DNA of 31,450 nucleotides from an uncultured Holophagaceae bacterium (lineage in GTDB: Bacteria > Acidobacteriota > Holophagae > Holophagales > Holophagaceae), in NCBI GenBank assembly GCA_963923615.1, contig CAWULW010000001.1, positions 1 through 31,450 on the forward strand, written 5' to 3'. Shown here one piece after another: positions 28,404-31,450 of the stretch (within the stretch, counting starts at the first letter, position 1; the number at the start of each line of letters is the position of its first letter). The notes below the pieces were generated by a model. It made no database searches. It saw only the letters and a list, made by a program, of their open reading frames with translations, and had not been told where the DNA came from. The position numbers and the translations under genes were made by a program.

Positions 28404-28967
28404 TTGATCGACCAACTCAAAAGAAATATCCGAGAGTCCTCAGAACTTCAAAGTAGTTTTTTGAATTCTGAGCTCCAACATATCATCCAACTTGCATCGG
28501 AGATGCATGCCGCTATGACTTCCGGTCACAAGATTCTAATCTGCGGAAATGGAGGAAGCGCAGCCGATGCACAGCACTTCGCTGCAGAATTAACCGGTCG
28601 ATATCTCAAGGAAAGGAAATCCTACCCTGCTTTAGCCCTTACTACAGATACTTCTGCCCTTACTGCTATTGGAAATGATTACGGATTTGAATCTGTTTTT
28701 TCTCGTCAAATTGAAGGGCTTGGAAGATCTGGAGATATCCTGATGGCTCTGAGTACGAGTGGACAAAGCCCTAATATCATCCGTGCAGTGAAAACAGCTA
28801 AGGCTCAACATCTTCGAACCATAGGTCTTCTAGGACGAGACGGTGGTCTCCTGAAAGATCTCGTAGATGATGCCTTCATCGTCCCATCGAAAGTAACAGC
28901 CCGTATTCAAGAAATACACGAAATGATTCTGCATTTTTTATGTGAATCTATGGATGCTCTGTCCTAA
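28404..28967 (+). CDS. gmhA: D-sedoheptulose 7-phosphate isomerase
   Basis: CGNGGSAADAQHFAAEL, AIGNDYG, STSGQSPN, RIQEIH. Confidence 0.95.
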   Translation: MIDQLKRNIRESSELQSSFLNSELQHIIQLASEMHAAMTSGHKILICGNGGSAADAQHFAAELTGRYLKERKSYPALALTTDTSALTAIGNDYGFESVFSRQIEGLGRSGDILMALSTSGQSPNIIRAVKTAKAQHLRTIGLLGRDGGLLKDLVDDAFIVPSKVTARIQEIHEMILHFLCESMDALS

Positions 28968-28976
28968 GGGACGACC

Positions 28977-30161
28977 ATGGATACCCAAACATTTTTTCAG
29001 CTTTATGGAGCTGAAATTATATCTTCATTAGAAGATCAGCCCCTAGGGGTTTATCTTCATATTCCTTTTTGTAAAGATCGTTGTACCTACTGTTCTTTTG
29101 TTCGTACACATGAAGAAGGGGATCGTAATCCTTTTATCCATACTCTTATTAGAGAAATTGAACAATGGGGCCAACGACTTAATCGACCACAATTGGATAG
29201 CATTTATTGGGGTGGAGGAACGCCATCTGTTTTATCTGAATCTGAGATTGAGATTATCGTTAAAGCCATTCATGATTCATTCAAACCCACGGTTAACGTA
29301 GAGCATACTTTAGAAGCTAACCCGGGTGATTTATCCCTAGCTTGGTTAATGTCTATTCAGAAACTTGGCTTCAATCGAATCAGTTGGGGAATTCAGACCT
29401 TACATGATGATCTCTTGAAATCACTGGGTCGAATTCATTCTTCTAAGGAGGCGCTGACGGCTTTGGATTGGTCACACAAGGCAGGATTTGATCATGTTTC
29501 AGGCGATTTGATTCTAGGACTACCGAATCAATCTCCCGAATCTGTCTACTCTGACGCACTTAAAATGATCGATGGGGGTATCGATCATCTTAGTGTCTAT
29601 TTGTTAGACCTAGAAAAAGCCTGTGCACTCAAAACAGAGGTGGATGCAGGTAGGGTAATTTTGCCCGATGAGCATGGTGTAGCCTCCCTTTACGAGACTC
29701 TTCAATATCGATTACCTCAACAGGGCTTTATAGCTTATGAAATAAGTAACTATGCAAAAGCGGGTGCCCAATCGAGACACAATTTGAAATATTGGAAGCG
29801 GCAGCCCTACCTTGGCCTAGGACCTAGTGCGGCAAGTCATATTGGTTCCTATCGATGGACCTCGGACTTATCGATCCCTGTGTGGACGCAAGGTATGGGT
29901 CAACTTTCTATTCAGAAACTTGATCCTATCGATGAGTGGATGGAAATTCCTCTTCTAGGACTTCGACTCGGAGAAGGTATTAATTGGGATACATTTTCGA
30001 AACAGGCATTAACGTTAAACGTGGATCCACTGTTGCAAGCATGGACTCACCGCATGAAAGATTTTGAACAAGCCGGATTAGTGATGTTCCAGGACTCACA
30101 CGTCCAACTTACCACTAAAGGAAGGCTGCTATCCAACGAGATCTTTCGCTTGTTTGTCTAA
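28977..30161 (+). CDS. hemW: radical SAM heme chaperone (HemN-like)
   Basis: YLHIPFCKDRCTYCSF with His before the CxxxCxxC motif, GGGTPS, EANP, YEISNYA and the HNxxYW motif (HNLKYW). Confidence 0.85.
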   Translation: MDTQTFFQLYGAEIISSLEDQPLGVYLHIPFCKDRCTYCSFVRTHEEGDRNPFIHTLIREIEQWGQRLNRPQLDSIYWGGGTPSVLSESEIEIIVKAIHDSFKPTVNVEHTLEANPGDLSLAWLMSIQKLGFNRISWGIQTLHDDLLKSLGRIHSSKEALTALDWSHKAGFDHVSGDLILGLPNQSPESVYSDALKMIDGGIDHLSVYLLDLEKACALKTEVDAGRVILPDEHGVASLYETLQYRLPQQGFIAYEISNYAKAGAQSRHNLKYWKRQPYLGLGPSAASHIGSYRWTSDLSIPVWTQGMGQLSIQKLDPIDEWMEIPLLGLRLGEGINWDTFSKQALTLNVDPLLQAWTHRMKDFEQAGLVMFQDSHVQLTTKGRLLSNEIFRLFV

Positions 30162-30190
30162 GACATATTTTATTTCGATAAACTGAACAC

Positions 30191-30646
30191 ATGGTCAACG
30201 AGTTAGTGAGCAATAGAAAAGCTAAATTTCACTACCATCTTCTTGAGTCATGGGAAGCTGGCATCGCTCTGCTTGGAAGTGAGGTTAAATCACTTCGAGA
30301 TGGACAGGGTCAGCTTCAGGATGCTTATGTCGATCATATCCAAGGCGAACTTTGGCTTCGTCAGTGCCATATTGCTCCTTGGACTCGTGCCTCATGGACT
30401 AACCATGATCCCTTACGTAACCGTAAACTACTCCTCAATAAAAGTGAGATTGTTAAAATTGCAAAACATATTGAGCGCAAGGGTCTTACGCTTGTGCCCT
30501 TGTCCATTTATGTTAATGAGCAAGGCAAAATAAAGATTCGCATTGCACTAGCTGAAGGAAAACAAGCTCCTGACAAAAAAGCTGCATTAAAAGCGCGACA
30601 AGCCAAGAGAGAAATGGACCGTGTTCGAAAAGGTGATCGAGATTAG
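30191..30646 (+). CDS. smpB: SsrA-binding protein
   Basis: NRKAKFHY..EAGIALLGSEVKSLR..HDPLRNRKLLL..KGLTLVPL. Confidence 0.96.
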   Translation: MVNELVSNRKAKFHYHLLESWEAGIALLGSEVKSLRDGQGQLQDAYVDHIQGELWLRQCHIAPWTRASWTNHDPLRNRKLLLNKSEIVKIAKHIERKGLTLVPLSIYVNEQGKIKIRIALAEGKQAPDKKAALKARQAKREMDRVRKGDRD

Positions 30647-31449
30647 CGTAACAGTCTTCCGATATCCAGAAAGATTGCTGAACCCATAATGGTAATCAAG
30701 ATAGCAAATCCTGCCATTAGAATACGCTGCTTGACTTGCCAACTAAATGGACGTCGAACCATCGCCTCAATAGTCATAATGGCAACATGTCCTCCATCTA
30801 GCAAAGGGATTGGCAGAGCGTTTAAGATACCTAATTGAAGTGAAATAGCAGCTGCCATGACTAAAAAAGCGGACCAGCCCATTTTGGCCGCTTGGGTACC
30901 TTGTTGAATAATTCCAATCGGTCCTGCGACTTGATCCGATGAAATATCCCAGCGTATTAGGCGTCCTAAAAATGCAAATATTTGGGAGCTGATATCTCCA
31001 AAAAGGTGACCCGCAGAACTTAGGCCTACAATCCAATCTGATGCGACAAAGGGTCTACGTATTTCTTTATACTTCGTGGGCTGAAAGAGAATGCCTAATC
31101 TTCCTTGGCCGTCAATATTTTGAGGGACTGCGTTGAGTAACATTTGATTTCCATTACGATCGATCAAAATGGATAAACGTTGGTCGCCCTTCCCTCTAAT
31201 AAAGTTCACTGCCTGACGGTCATCCGCACCTGGGAATCGCAACTCATTAAGGGCTAAAATCTGGTCACCCTGAAGGAGCCCCGCTCGTTCTGCTGCGCTT
31301 TCCTTGACCACTTGGGCAACTAAAAGAGGTGAGGATTCTGGAGTGCGCGTCAGTATGCGCTGGCTATCTGCTCCAACAATCACAAGCAGCAAGAAAGCGG
31401 TGATCAAGTTGGCAATGATCCCACCGGTGTAAAAAAAGAATTTTTTAAA
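30643..31449 (-). CDS. rseP: RIP metalloprotease RseP, C-terminal part (frame open to window edge)
   Basis: GGIIAN motif, PDZ domain (SAAERAGLLQGDQI), AGPIGI and LGILNALPIPLLDGGH. No stop between 31407 and 31449. Confidence 0.92.
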   Translation of the reverse strand, partial: FKKFFFYTGGIIANLITAFLLLVIVGADSQRILTRTPESSPLLVAQVVKESAAERAGLLQGDQILALNELRFPGADDRQAVNFIRGKGDQRLSILIDRNGNQMLLNAVPQNIDGQGRLGILFQPTKYKEIRRPFVASDWIVGLSSAGHLFGDISSQIFAFLGRLIRWDISSDQVAGPIGIIQQGTQAAKMGWSAFLVMAAAISLQLGILNALPIPLLDGGHVAIMTIEAMVRRPFSWQVKQRILMAGFAILITIMGSAIFLDIGRLLR

Positions 31450-31450
31450 A

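Noticed and set aside
30550-30646. SmpB tail DKK instead of DKR, and no tmRNA nearby
   Set aside because: The substitution is conservative, and ssrA is frequently unlinked from smpB.
1561-31036. Numerous short (60-135 aa) ORFs antisense or out of frame within the called genes
   Set aside because: They overlap well-supported conserved genes and show no recognisable motifs or RBS; treated as shadow ORFs.
1-31450. CRISPR arrays, IS elements, prophage, toxin-antitoxin or defence genes
   Set aside because: No periodic repeats, transposase, phage or defence-type ORFs were recognised on either strand.

Overview
A gene-dense, mostly housekeeping bacterial chromosome segment, probably a metagenomic contig end: bases 1-24 are a Nextera/Tn5 adapter. 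Left to right: 3'-truncated dxs, ispA, xseB, tRNA-Asn, a SnoaL-like lipoprotein, efp, tRNA-Val, a class I aminotransferase, a gamma-carbonic anhydrase, a PseG/SpsG-like gene, rplM-rpsI-rpsB-tsf-pyrH, an FAD-linked oxidase, nuoA-F (minus strand), a TonB-dependent receptor, a SPOR protein, a kynureninase-like enzyme, kdsA, a FolD-family gene, nth fused to a BtuF-like domain, dsbD, a PTPS/QueD-family gene, ftsK, gmhA, hemW, smpB and 5'-truncated rseP. Gene order and extreme packing suggest a streamlined Acidobacteriota (possibly Holophagaceae) genome; this is inference only. No mobile element, CRISPR array or defence system was seen. Most notable: (1) an in-frame fusion of endonuclease III to a signal-less BtuF/helical-backbone metal-receptor domain; (2) a FolD homolog matching the yeast Mtd1-type monofunctional NAD-dependent enzyme, plus a PTPS-III (FolB-bypass) motif, pointing to non-canonical folate metabolism; (3) a TAnnnT -10 hexamer exactly 6 nt before five start codons, suggesting frequent leaderless mRNAs; (4) EF-P with Asn34; (5) loss of the pyrH-frr linkage and a nuo cluster ending at nuoF.
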